Both the position numbers and the translations under genes were made by a program. Positions 41,111-54,281 of a stretch of DNA of 64,000 bases are shown in pieces. Numbering within the stretch: the stretch's first letter is position 1; every line of letters starts with the position of its first letter. Source of the stretch: Octopus sinensis (lineage: Eukaryota); assembly GCF_006345805.1 (NCBI RefSeq), contig NC_043010.1, positions 52,762,001 through 52,826,000 on the forward strand, written 5' to 3'. The notes beneath the pieces are model-generated. The model was not told the origin of the DNA and did not search any database. It saw nothing but the letters and a program-made list of their open reading frames with translations.

Positions 41111-42164
41111 TGTCATATATATGTGTGTGTGTGTGTGTGTGTGTATGTTTGTGTGTATGTGTTTGTCCCCGCAACATCACTTGACAACAGATGGTGGTGT
41201 GTTCACATCACCTTAACTTAGTGGTTCGGCAAAAGAGACTGAGAGAATAAGTACTAAGCTTACAGAGAATAAGCCCTGGGGTTGATTTGCTCAACTATAG
41301 GCACATTCAGAATATAGTCCTTGATATACAAAGCTGATGGATGGCCATATATGGAAGGCCTTTGATAATAAATCTATTCATGGAAGCTAATCTAGAGATA
41401 AACAAAAGCCACAAAAAACACAATCAAATGACTAAATTATAATTCAATAACTGAAGATAAAAAGGCCAACAGTCAGATAGATCCCTGATCAATATATGTA
41501 CTCAACGACCCCTAATCAATAGTACATATACCCTTTGACTGTTGATCAATTGGGTTTGTCCTCTGTGAACCCATTTACTGAGACTTAGGATGTTATAATA
41601 ATCCTTAAGTTCATTATCCTGAGTCAATGGAGAAGCTTCTCCATGGATGTTCAAATTGCTAGAAATGGTAGTCAAACTCCTCTCAAAATCACTGTTATTT
41701 TTTTTATCGTTTGTTTCTTTCAGTCATTTGACTGTGGTCATACTTGGGCTCCACTTTGAAGGGTTTAGTCAAACAAATTGACCCCACCACTTATTCTGCC
41801 AGTCTCTTTTGCCGAACCGCTAAGTTATGAGGACATATAGAAATGAAAACAAGTTGTCAAGTAGTGGTGGACTAACAGTAAAACAGATACATGTCCACAA
41901 GCATTTATGCATACATACATACACACATGCATACAATACACACACACACACACACACACACACATGACAGAGAGGCCATAGGCCAACAGGTTTAGGATCT
42001 GATGATACACTATAAAGCTTTAACTATTGGACTTAAAATCCAGAGTAATCCCATAAATCAGCCTTATGTAACTTTATCTCTCTCTCTCTCTCTATATATA
42101 TATGTATATATATATATATATATATACATGTGTGTGTGTGTGTGTGTGTATATAAATCAAATTC

Positions 42165-42695
42165 AGTGACTGGCATCTGTGCTAGTGGAGCACTAAGAGC
42201 ACCATCCAAGTGTGATCATTGCCAGAGCAGCTAACTGGCATCCGTGCCGGTGGCATGTAAAAAGCACCATACAAGCATGATTGTTACCAGTGTCGCCTTA
42301 CGAGCACTTGTGCCGGTGGCACGTGAAAACACATTCGAGCGAGGTCGTTGCCAGTGCCAATGGACTGGCTCCTGTGCAGGTGGCACGTAAAAAGCACCAT
42401 TTGAGCATGGCCATTGCCAGTACCGCCTGACTGGCCCTTTCGGGGTTGATAAATTAAGTACCAGTTGTGTACTGGGGTCGATCTAATCAACTGGTCCCCT
42501 CCCCAAAAATTCTGCCGTGCCGGTGGCACGTAAAAGTACCCACTACACTCTCAGAGTGATTGGCATTAGGAAGGGCATCCAGCTGTAGAAACTCTGCCAG
42601 ATCAGATTGGAGCCGGTGCAGTCATCTGGTTTGCCAGTCCTCAGTCAAATCATCCAACCTATGCTAGCATGGAAAGCAGACATTAAACGATGATG
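42165..42695 (+). mobile_element. (GAT)n-tailed retroposon with an S1 fragment
   Basis: Same family as 6476; an S1 body piece lies at 42437-42510. Confidence 0.8.
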
Positions 42696-42724
42696 AACAA
42701 ACACAAGAAAAAAAACAACAACAT

Positions 42725-42885
42725 GAGGACATGGTACATGCAAAGTATTAGCAGATGCTCAGGGAAGGAAAGAAAGGTAGTTTTATGTTTTGAGCAAAGC
42801 TCTTCATCAGAAACAGGAGATGGACGAAAGTCCAAGAGAAAAGGAAGATGGAAGAGAAAAATTGCCAACAATCCACATGTATATA

Positions 42886-42890
<5 letters not shown>
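42725..42890 (-). mobile_element. Family A hammerhead-bearing element
   Basis: GTTT-CTGATGA-A-GAGC-TTT-GCTC-AAA-ACAT-A at 42784-42814, with CpG-type decay. Flanks align with the 18625 copy. Confidence 0.65.
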
Positions 42891-42924
<34 letters not shown>

Positions 42925-42997
42925 GATCCAGAGAGGAGTGGACAGCGTGCTGTGACCAGCAGTATCAAGTGGACGCCTGACGGACTGGTCAGTGAAG

Positions 42998-43034
<37 letters not shown>

Positions 43035-43344
43035 GATCCACACACATATATATATACAGGACAGATATCTACACAGTTTCCATTTACAAAATTCACTAAT
43101 GAGGTATTGGTTGTGACCAGTGGCTTTAGAAGAATGCATCTGCCCAAGGTGTCACATGGTGGGATTGAGCACAAAATCATATGGATGCAAAGCAATCTTG
43201 TTAACATTACAATCATTGCTGCACATATATCTGAAAAACGAAACAGAAAATAAAAGATGATGGGACAATCACTGCTGTAGCCTTGATCATAGCACTTAGC
43301 TCTATATCAAACAACAACTACAATATTATAAATATTCTTTTCTA

Positions 43345-44320
43345 CTCTAGGCACAAGGCCTGATATTTTTGGAGAGGTGACCAGTCTATTAGATCAACCC
43401 CAGTATGCAACTGGTACTTAATTTATCAACCCCCGAAAGGATGAAAGGCAAAGTCGACCTCAGCGGAATTTGAACTCGACATAAAGACAGAGGAAATACT
43501 GCTAAGAATTTTGCCCGTTGTGCTAATGTTTCTTATTTCTTTACTGCCCACAAGGGGCTACACACAGAGAGGACAAACAGATTAAGTCGATTTAACTCCA
43601 GTACGTAACTGGTACTTGTTTAATCGACCCCAAAAAGATGAAAGGCAAAGTTGACCTCGGCGGAATTTGAATTCAGAACATAGCGGCAGATGAAATACCG
43701 CTAAAAATTTTGCTTGGTGTGCTAACGTTTCTTCCAGATTGCCACCTTAAATGATCCCTTCTACTCTAGGCACACACAAGGCACAGAATTTTGGGGGATG
43801 GGACCCCAGTACACAAATGGTACTTAATTTATCAACCCCAAAAGGATGAAAGGCAAAGTCGACCTCGGCAGAATTTGAACTTAGAACCTAACCACTAAGA
43901 ATTTTGCCTGGCATGCTAATGTTTCTGCCAGCTCATTCTTACAATGTATTGAGTGATGAGCCAGCAGAATTGGTTGTACAATGGGAAAAATGCTGAGTGG
44001 CATTTTATAACTCTTTATTTCAGAGTTCAAATGCTGCCGGGGGTTGACTTTGCCTTTTATACTTCCAGGGTTGATAAAATAAATACCTGTTGAGTACTGG
44101 GGCCAATGTGATTGATTTGCACTCTCCCCCACAATTGCTGGCCTTGTGCCAAAATTTGAAACCAGTACTATAGATGTCATGTAGGAACACAAATAATCCT
44201 TTCTACTATAGGCACAATGCCTCAAATTTGGAGGGAGGGAGCTAGTCGATTAGATCGACCCCCAGTACACAACTGGTGTTTAATTTATCGACTCTCAAAG
44301 GATGAAAGGCAAAGTCGAAA
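43345..44320. mobile_element. Pile-up of five S1 SINE copies
   Basis: Three minus copies (43345-43935), one plus copy (43960-44165) and one minus fragment (44200-44320). Confidence 0.8.
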
Positions 44321-44576
44321 ATACTTGTCCAGGGTGCCATACGTTGGAATTGAACCTGAAACGATGTGATTGCAAAGCAAGCCTCTCAACCACACATCTG
44401 CACCTACGCTTAATATTAATATATGAAGACACATAAAACAGAATCCTATAAACATACTCAAATTGTGTTTTTGACATCAAATGTAAACAGTAGAACTAAC
44501 TTGACGGTAAAAGCTGTCATTATTGTAGGAAAAAAATTCTACATTCTAAAAAGCAATTTGAGCAGTTATATCTTCA

Positions 44577-44915
44577 CTAGCTTAACAGCCACCGTATCGG
44601 GTGGCTTTTAGGCTAGCTCCTGTGGGGGGCTTTTCATTGGACCTTGGACCCAACAATGACACTTCATGCATTGAGTACATATTAAATTTTATTACACTTA
44701 TTATATATAGATATAATCAGAAATGACTCTGATGAAAGTAACATTAACTTTCTCAGTCATTCAATTTTTCTCAACCTATCAATGGGCTGTTTGAGTAAAC
44801 TTGCCAATAACGAACCTATAATGATTACTGGAAACAGCTGTAAGTCAAATTTACTTCCATAAAGTAAAATATGTAATGACTATTATTTATGCCTTACCTT
44901 TATATATATATATAT
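44577..44915 (-). mobile_element. Probable second non-autonomous Helitron
   Basis: Minus-strand 3' end is hairpin AGCCACC-CGATAC-GGTGGCT, then GTTAAG, CTAG and host T. The 5' side TATATATATAAAGGTAAGG resembles the start of the 49895 Helitron, but the 5' TC is hidden by a TA tract and a SINE. Confidence 0.45.
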
Positions 44916-44920
44916 ATATG

Positions 44921-45308
44921 TGGGATGGAAGTACTCCATCGGTTACGACGACGAGGGTTCCGGTTGATCCGATCAACGGAACAGCCTGCTCATGAAATTA
45001 ACGTGTAAGTGGCTGAGCACTCCACAGACACGTGTACCCTTAACGTAGTTCTCGGGGATATTCAGCGTGACACAGAGAGTGACAAGGCCGGCCCTTTGAA
45101 ATACAGGTACAACAGAAACAGGAAGTAAGAGTGAGAGGAAGTTGTGGTGAAAGAGTACAGCAGGGATCACCACCATCCCCTGCCAGAGCCTCGTGGAGCT
45201 TTTAGGTGTTTTCACTCAATAAACACTCACAATGGCCAGTCTGGGAATCGAAACCGCGATCCTACGACCGTGAGTCCGCTGCCCTAACCACTGGGCCATT
45301 GCGCCTCC
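44921..45308 (-). mobile_element. S3b tRNA-derived SINE (S3 head, different tail)
   Basis: Its first ~130 bp align with 1816-1945. The tail TTTCAAAGGGCC...GAGAACTACGTTAAGGG...GTCGTAACCGATGGAG is unrelated to the S3a tail. Confidence 0.85.
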
Positions 45309-45317
45309 ACATATATA

Positions 45318-45520
45318 TATATAGTTAATCCAAACATGAAATCACATAGAGAAAACACAACGTCAGGATGTGGAACAAGTATAGTGTTATTGGACGCTCA
45401 GGAAAGGAAAAAAAGAAGGAGGATTTAACGTTTTGAGCGGAGCTCTTCGTCAGAAACATAGGAAAAGGAAAGATCCAAGGAAGGGAAGACGGAGGAAAAA
45501 ATCGCCAGCAATACACACGT
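45318..45520 (-). mobile_element. Family A hammerhead-bearing element
   Basis: GTTT-CTGACGA-A-GAGC-TCC-GCTC-AAA-ACGT-T-AAAT at 45423-45457. Confidence 0.7.
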
Positions 45521-45754
45521 GGTCACACATGTATGTGCATGTATGTATATACAGAGTTCAGTCCCACAGTGTACCCAAGGTGTCACATAGTGGAGGTGAA
45601 CTCAAGACCATATGGTTGGAAAACAAACTTCTTAACCACAACATAACCAGACTGCCACTTGGTCATGCTGACTGTACATACACTCTCTATAAAGTGCATT
45701 GTGTATACATACAGAAATACATACATATATATATATATATATATTTATATAAGG

Positions 45755-45917
45755 CGCAGGAGTGGCTGTGTGGTAAGTAACTTGCTAACCAACCACATGG
45801 TTCCGGGTTCAGTGCCACTGCGTGGCATCTTGGGCAAGTGTCTTCTACTATAGCCTGGAGCCGACCAAAGCCTTGTGAGTGGATTTGGTAGATGGAAACT
45901 GAAAGAAGCTTGTCGTA

Positions 45918-45958
<41 letters not shown>

Positions 45959-46172
45959 TTGTTTGTATGTCTGTGTTTGTCCCCCTAGCATTGCTTGACA
46001 ACCGATGCTGGTGTGCTTACGTCCCCATCACTTAGCGGTTCGGCAAAAGAGACCGATAGAATAAGTACTGGGCTTACAAAGAATAAGTCCTGGGATCGAT
46101 TTTCTCGACTAAAGGCGGTGCCCCAGCATGGCCACAGTCAAATGACTGAAACTAGTAAAAGAATAAAAGAAA
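45755..46172 (+). mobile_element. Full S2 SINE
   Basis: GGCGCAGGAGTGGCTGTGTGG head through the CTGAAACTAGTAAAAGAATAAAAG tail. Confidence 0.88.
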
Positions 46173-46174
46173 GA

Positions 46175-46207
<33 letters not shown>

Positions 46208-46816
46208 TATGTGTATGTATGTATGTATAAACTGTTGAGATTGTGTTTGTACATGTGAGTAGATCTATCCTCATTCACTTCGTTTTTCCTTTTCTGGTTT
46301 TATCTGTTGGCCTGCAGCCATTCGCAGATGCTGCTGACATCAAGGGCTTGTTAGTTTCTTAAAAAAATTTTTTTTTATCACCAATCACCCGCCCACTAGT
46401 GTGCTTATCATCTACTAATTTTATCAATCTCATCTGTACTTATCAAACGAGTAAAGTCCTCCCATGGGATATAATTCATTTGATTAAACATTAGAAGATT
46501 TTTGCTCAGCGTACTGATTCATTGAACATCTTTTTGTCGATACAAACACATACACACACACACATGTAAGTATGTATGTATGTATCTATCTATCTATCTA
46601 TATATATATATATATAGATATATAAAACATATAATTGCCAACTAAGTGTGGCATCCTATACAGGACAGTGCTACTGACATTTACATATATATATATATAT
46701 ATATAGATAGATATAGATATATTTGCATATACACCCATGTCCATATCCACACATACTCTTACACATGTGTATGCATATATATGTATATACTTATATGTGC
46801 ATACAAACACACACAC

Positions 46817-46858
<42 letters not shown>

Positions 46859-47280
46859 TTATGTCTCTGCTTGACAACAACTTAGCAGCCCAGTGAAAGA
46901 GACCAATAAAATAAGTACTAGGCTTAAAAGAATAAGCGCTTGGGTCGATTAGTGCGACTGAAACCCTTCAAGGTGGTGCTCCAGCATGGCCACAGTGAAA
47001 TGACTGAAACAAATGAAAGAGTAAAAGAGTTTGTCTCATTATTTCTGAGATTGCTGGACTGGCATAGTCATTAAAATGTTGGACAAAATGCTTTGCAGTA
47101 CATAATTATGGTCCTTTACATTCTGAGTTCAAACCTTGTAACGGTCAACTTCACCATTCAGTCTTTTCAGATCAGTAACATAAAGTACTCAATTAAATTA
47201 CTGGAATTGATTGTATAGAGTACCTGCCTCCGCTTGCAATTCTCAGCCTTGTACCTAAATTAGCAACAAGTATTATGTTG

Positions 47281-47675
47281 ATTTGGGCCAGATATGGCCA
47301 GTTTGAATGTAAAACATGTAGGATATTAGGGCCAATATGGCCAGTTTGAATGTAAAACATGTAGGATATTTGGGCCAATATGGCCAGTTTGAATGCAAAA
47401 CATGTAGGATATTTGGGCCAGATATGACCAGTTTGGATGTAAAACATGTAGGATATTTGGGCCAATATGGCCAGTTTGAATGTGAAACATGTAGGAAATT
47501 TGGGTCAGATATGGCCAGTTTGAATGTAAAACATGTAGGATATTTGGGCCAGATATGGCCAGTTTGAATGTAAAACATGTAGGATAGGATATTTGGGCTA
47601 GATATGGCCAGTTTGAATGCAAAACATGTAGGATATTTGTGCCAGATATGGCCAGTTTAAACGCTAAAGAGTTAA
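47281..47675. repeat. 43/44-bp minisatellite (8 units plus a partial) ending in a TTAA/CCCTTT-like terminus
   Basis: Unit ATTTGGGCCA(G)ATATGGCCAGTTTGAATGTAAAACATGTAGGAT. Ends ...CGCTAAAGAG-TTAA, which resembles a piggyBac-type end (inferred). Confidence 0.85.
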
Positions 47676-49299
47676 TGTAGTTCTCAGGGAGATTCAGCAT
47701 GACACAGAAACAGAATATGACAAAACTGGTTCTTTGAATTACAGGTAATACTTATTTTTGCCAGCTTAGTTGACTGGAGTAATGTGAAATAAAGTGCCTT
47801 GCTCAAGGACATAACACACTACCAGTAATCAAACTCTCAAAACCTTACTATAATGAGTCAAATACGCTAACCACTAAGTCACATGTCCCCATTCTGATGT
47901 CAAATAAGTCAGAGCTGAATCAGGGATGCCAAAATATGGAGCACCAAAAGGGCTGTGCCAAAACATTCCATACCCTTTTTTGATGGCATGTGATGTAATG
48001 CTGGCAGGCAGAGCTGGATTAAGACCCAAAGAAGCCCTATGGACTTAGAAGATTTTGGTGCCCCCATATATGACAATAATATCAACATATATCGTCATTG
48101 TCGGTGTCGGTGTTTTAATGGCCACTTCTCCACGCTGCATATAGGATGTTTTAATAAGTTTAATAAGACAGATGATTTTCCATAGCCAATTTCTCTGGTT
48201 CCTATCACCAATTCTCACCTGTTTCCAAGCAAGGTAATATTTCACCATGTCCAGATATATATTTTTGAGGAATAGTGAAAATTAGTGACACCACTTGTAT
48301 GACAGGGACATTCATTTACAACTATCCCACAACATCAAGAGAAGGAGACACACACACACACACACACATCTATATGATGGGGTTCTTTCAGTTTTCATCT
48401 ACAAATTTTAGTTACAAGGTTCTAGTCAGCTTCGGGGCTATAAGAGAAAACATTTGCCCAGAGTACCCAGTATTGAAACTGAACCCAAAACCATGTGATT
48501 GCAAAGAAAGCTTCTTAACCACACAGCCATGTGTCTGCCTATGTATGCTTTCTCCAGTTATCTGTATAAATTTTCTATGAAACAGCTCCTTTTCTAGTCT
48601 TGTCTATGTGAACAGAACAACAACACTGAAGGTTGGATGGGATTAAATGAAGACACAAATAAAGCAGAATAAATAAACGAACAAGTTAAAAGAGAGTGAT
48701 GCAGATGAAATAATAGAGTAAATAATTAGCATAGAGATTCAATGAATTGCTGGAAGGAATGGCGGAATTAGAGAATTTAGGAATGATAAAATGAATGAAA
48801 GAATCAATATTTTCGAGAATGAAAGAATGAAAGAATGATAAATTGATTAAAAAAAACAAAAAAAAAACACTAAAATTTGTGAATAATGAAATCAATAAAC
48901 AGAACAAATGAATGAACAAAACTTTGGTGAAGAGAATGAATACATGGTAAGACTGGAATAGCTATAGATTTATTAAATGTAGGAATAGCAGAATTTCATG
49001 AATGAATTAATGAATGAATGAACGAGGAGTTTTATTGAATGTGAAAGTTAATGTAAATGAAAGGATAAACAAATCCCCAAACCAGAAATTGTTTTGAGAC
49101 AGGAATGAAATAACAAGCTTCTTCATCATCATCGCCATCATCACCATCATCATCATCACCATCACTATCACCATCATCACCATCACCATCACTATCACCA
49201 TCATCATCATCACTACTGTCACCACCTCCGTCGCCACCACCATCAACACCACCACCACTGTCGCCACCACCATTGCCACCAACATCAACACCACCACCA

Positions 49300-49750
49300 C
49301 CAGTGGATCATTAAGAGCACATCCAAGTGTGATAATTGCCAGAGCCATGGATTGGCTCCCGTGCCGGTGACACATGAAAAGCACCATTTGAGCGTGATCG
49401 TTGCCAGTGTTGCTTTACTGGCACATGTGCCGGTGGCACGTGAAAAGCAACAGTCGAGCATGATTGTTGCCAGTGCTGCCAGATTGGCTCCCGTGGAGGT
49501 AGCATGTAAAAACACCTTTTGAGCATGGTTGTCGCCAGAACCGCCTGACTGGCCCTCATGCCGGTGGCATGTAAAAGCACCCACTACACTCTAGGAGTAG
49601 TTGGCATTAGGACGGGCATCCAGCTGTAGAAACCTTGCCAGATCAGATTGGAACCTGGTGCAGCCTTTGGCTCACCAGTCCTCAGTCAAACCGTCCAACC
49701 CATGCCAGCATGGAAAGCGGACGTCAAACGATGATGATGATGATGATGAT
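49300..49750 (+). mobile_element. (GAT)n-tailed retroposon
   Basis: Same family as 6476. Confidence 0.8.
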
Positions 49751-49755
49751 ATATT

Positions 49756-50369
49756 CAAGGTGGTACTGAAAATTTTTTTGCCTTAAGGGTGTCATGAAAG
49801 GCCTGGTTGGAGGCCCAACCTTCTGAGTTCTTTTAGAAACCTTACAAAAACTGAAGGACCGCTGCAATAAGTGTGTGAATCTGAAAGGGGAATATCTATA
49901 TATATAAAAGTGAGGTTGTGTGGTGTCTGTCTCCTACGATTTAGATTCCTAACTACTCCCACATTTTGCGGTGCAGTTTAACCAAAACCGGGTATCTTAT
50001 AGTCGTGATTCATATCGAGTCCGTCTGGGTATTAGCGCGCATCTACGATGAGTCTACGATTTAAAAAAAAAATTACCATCATTTTTTCCCATTTTTAATG
50101 CATTTTTGGCATATATAAGGGAAGTAACTCTCTAAAAATGTATTATTAAATCTCAGAACGTAAAAAGCTACAGTAACACCCCCCCTTTGTGATTAGCCAT
50201 ATTGAGATGGCTATTATACTTTACATCTCTAAAAATGCTTATATAGTTATTTCCCTTACAAACCCAAGCAACGCTGGGCGATACTGCTAGTATTGAATAA
50301 AATCATAATTAAACTGATCCTCCGGTACTTTCTTTTACCCAAAGCCAGGAACATTTCAGTACGCCCTCA
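49756..50369 (+). mobile_element. Mariner-derived MITE interrupted by a Helitron
   Basis: Degenerate TIRs CAAGGTGGTACTGAAAA and ACATTTCAGTACGCCCTCA-TA. The interior encodes a mariner-like stop region (KLKDRCNKCVNLKGEY). It is split at GGGGAATA^TATTGAATAAAATC. Confidence 0.75.
49895..50290 (+). mobile_element. Non-autonomous Helitron
   Basis: Starts TCTATATATATAAAA and ends CTAG. Subterminal hairpin CCCAAGCAACGCTGGG at 50263-50278. Inserted between host A (49894) and T (50291) with no TSD. Confidence 0.85.
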
Positions 50370-51489
50370 TATATGTATGTACGTATAAAAGTATGTATGT
50401 TCTGGTTTGTAGGGCACAGTTTTTTGCATTCAGATAGCAGAAATTTTGCAGAGAGGTCTATGGGGTATAATGTTTTGAGAAGAAAGTCATAGACTATCTT
50501 ATATCTCATACATGTTTCAGTCATTGGACTGTGGCCATGCTGGGGCACTACTTTGAAGCATTTAGTTGAACAAATCGACCCCAGGACTTATAATACTATG
50601 TACTTATGTACTTATGTATTTATACTAGGATTCTCTTTTACTGAACCGCTATGCTATGGGGACATAAACAAACCAACACCATTGACTGAATGAGAGAATA
50701 AAAGAAAAGAATGAAAATGACAAATGAAGGAATTTCAGTAATTGACTGAAGTAATTGATAAAAAAATTAATTAAACAATTAAGAGAATAATTAGATATTT
50801 GAAATCATAGAATTCCAAGCATATGAATGAAATAGAAAGTGAATGAAGGAATGTAATATTCAATAAATGAAAGAGTTTCAAGATAATTAATGAATGAATG
50901 GATGAAGAATTTGAAATATTAATAGACAAAGAACCCCATGGAAAGTGATAAAAAAATCTGAATAAAAAAAGTAATTGATTGTAAATAATAAATGTGAGAA
51001 TGGAATAAGGAAAGAAATGAAGTAACAAAAAGTCTTTATATAATGATGCTAATGCATGTATAAATATATAGGTAACCAAAATTTTATACATTTAAAAAAA
51101 TATTTTTTTGATTAATTTAAAGGAATAACAAAAAGTATTCAAAAAGTTCTGAATGAAAGTGGACAAACTTAATATAAAATATTGGCCGTTGCCAGCCTCG
51201 CCTGGCCCCCATGCTGGTGGCACGTAAAAAGCACAATCCGACTGTGGCCGTTTGCCAGCCTCGTCTGGCAGGTAAAAAGCACCCACTACACTCACAGAGT
51301 GGTTGGCGTTAGGAAGGGCATCCAGCCGTAGAAACATTGCCAGATCAGACTGGGCCTGGTGCAGCCTTCTGGCTTCCTAGACCCCAGTTGAACCGTCCAA
51401 CCCATGCTAGCATGGAAAGCGGACGCTAAATGATGATGAGGATGATGATGATTGAAAAGTCACAACTTTGGTTCTACAGACATATGATG

Positions 51490-51745
51490 AGAATACAGCA
51501 GTAAATAATCGCAAGCTGGATTGTTCAAGTCGAGCCAAAAAGTAGGGGACCTAGGGGTAGACCAAGAATTAGATGGTCAGACAATATCCATAGTCTCAAC
51601 TGTTCATGCTTGGGAAATCTAATTGGAAAATGTAATGATGTTAGCTTCTGGTAGAACCATACAGAAGAGGTGCCTGAGGACTCTACCTTCGCAATCTGCC
51701 AAGGGATAGTGGGCAGAGAAGATGGATGGATGGATGAATGGATGG
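51490..51745 (+). mobile_element. RTE-clade LINE ORF2 3' remnant
   Basis: Encodes GPRGRPRIRWSDNI, the R-x-x-G-R-P-x-x-x-W motif of RTE C-termini. Ends in a (GGAT)n tail. Confidence 0.7.
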
Positions 51746-52189
51746 ATAAATGTAACAGTGCCAATGTCATGTGGAATGCACCTGTGCTGGTGCCACGTAA
51801 GAACACCTGTGCTAGTGCCATGTAAAAAGTACTTGATCTGGTGCCCTGAAGAAATCACACATGCCAGTGCTGCATAAAAAGCACTCATGCCAGTGCCATG
51901 TATGAAGCACCCATGTCGGTGCCACATATAAAGCACCTGCGCCACTATCATGCAAAAGGCACCCAGTCCGCTCTGTAAAGTAGTTGGCATTATGAAGGGC
52001 ATCCAAGCATAGAGACCATGCCAAAACGGACAATTGGAGCCTAGTGCTGCTCCTCTCCAGCTGACCAGTTCCAGTCAAACCGTTCAGCATGGAAAATGAA
52101 CGTTAAATGATGATGATGACGATGATGATGATGACGATGATGATGATGATGTCACAGATTTTGGTACTTCAGTACCAAAACTGTGAGAC

Positions 52190-53780
52190 ATGAGATTAGA
52201 AGAAGGAATGAATGAATCTCCAAATGAAGAAGGAATGAAAAATCTCCAAATTAGTGGATAAACCCAAAAAGAAAGAAAATTGAATGAAAAATAGCAATAA
52301 ATGGACAAATATATAGGTGAAAGAAAGATTGATAATAACGAATGGATAAAATAATAAATAGATGAAAGAATTAAATAATGAACAGATGAATGAAATGATG
52401 TAATCACAAGATGACTGAATGAAAGCATGAAAAAATTGAATGAAATTATCAATAGATGAATGAATGAATGAATGAATGAAATAATTGACTGATGAATGAA
52501 GGAAACAATAACGAGATAAATGAACAGAATGAAATAATTGATAAATGAATGAAATTATTAAAAGATAGATGAATGAATGATAATATTTAATAGAGGAATG
52601 AGTGAAATAATCAATAAATTCTTTTATTCTTTTATTTGTTTCAGCCCTGTGGCTGTGGTCATGCTGGAGCATGCATAGATAATTAATAGATAAAGGAATG
52701 AATGATAATTATCAATTAATAAATGACTGAATTACTCAGTATATAAATGAAAATGTGACTGAATGAAATAATCAATAAATTAATGAATGAATTAATTAAC
52801 CAATAAATGAATGAATGAAATAATTATTAGATGAATGGATGAATGAAACATTCAATAGATGAATGAATTTGTTAGTCAATATATGAATGAATGAATGAAT
52901 GAAATGATCAACTGATGAGTGAATGAGTGAAATAATTTCATAAATGTGAAAGAGAGAACAGAAATGAATGAAAAACAGAATGAATAAATGAATAAAAATA
53001 AAAGTAGTGTGAATAAGTAATGAGAAGGTCACAAGATAATTGAAAGAAGGAAGGAAATAGTCAATAAATGAATGAGCTGAATTCATGAATGGATCAATGA
53101 AAATGAGTAACTGAATGAAAAAGAAATAAATTGAATAAGTGACAAAACAACTACATGAAAAAATGACTAATTGAAGAAATCTATGAGAATGAAATGAAAG
53201 AATAAAGAATGAAATGGAGAACTAAATAAATGAAAGAAGGAAACATTCAAAAATGAATGAACTAAACTCATGAACAAAAGATAAATAATTGTAAGAATGA
53301 ATGATAAACTGGAAGAATAAATGAATGAACCAATGAAAGAAAGGAATAATGTGGATTAAGAAGTAAAAAAAATTAAATGAAGGAGCAGCAATATGAATGA
53401 ACTGAATGAATGAAAGATCAAAGGTAATAGAAGGAAATAATTACATGAAGTAATAAATGAAAATAATGAAAGGAGAAGAAATTAAGAAAATGAATGAGTG
53501 AATGAAAAAACTTACAAACAAAAGCTAAATGATTGATTGTAAGAATGAATAAAGTTCTGAATGATTTTTCTGGGAGAATAAATGAATGAATCACTGAATG
53601 AAAAGAATAAAATGAATGAAGAAATAAAACAAAAAACAAATGAAGGAGCAGTAAAATGAATGAATGAAATGAATGAATGAAAGATCAAAGGAAATGGAAG
53701 GAAATAATTAAATGCAGTAACAAATGAAAGACTGGAATATACTCAGAAACGAATGAGCGAACGAGCTCTAATTTATGACT
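52190..53780. repeat. Degenerate (GAAT)n purine-skewed tract
   Basis: About 1.6 kb almost free of C on the + strand. Similar shorter tracts at 48660-49060 and 50690-51130. Confidence 0.85.
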
Positions 53781-54015
53781 AATTAACAACGATAATGATG
53801 ACTGAGTTAGAGAGAAAAACAGAAGGATTGAGAGAGTGAGAGAGAGAGGAGGAAGAGGAGAAAGAGAGAAAAAGAGAGAGAGAGGAGGAGGAGAGAGAGA
53901 GAGAAAGAGAGAGAGAGAGTAAGAAATGTATACTGAAATGCATGTAAACAGAGAAATTGAGTTAGAAAGGAAAAAAGTATAAGGCAGATAATCAGAGGAA
54001 AGAGAAGACAGCTAC

Positions 54016-54055
<40 letters not shown>

Positions 54056-54148
54056 TGAAAGAGGGGGGAGAGCTGAAGAGAAAGAGAAGCAGACAACGAG
54101 AAAGAAGTATGTATGCACACACACATATACATACATACATACAGATAT

Positions 54149-54184
<36 letters not shown>

Positions 54185-54247
54185 AAACAAAGAGAGAAAG
54201 AAACGGGGGAAAATGATATAATAAAGACAGAGCATTAGAAAGGAAGC

Positions 54248-54281
<34 letters not shown>

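Noticed and set aside
41467-41545. pre-miRNA-like hairpin (CAACAGTCA/TGACTGTTG and ATATGTACT/AGTACATAT)
   Set aside because: A large asymmetric bulge and large loop give two 9-bp stems only.
46378-46400. Adjacent CCAAT and CCGCCC motifs
   Set aside because: Short motifs with no supporting transcript feature.
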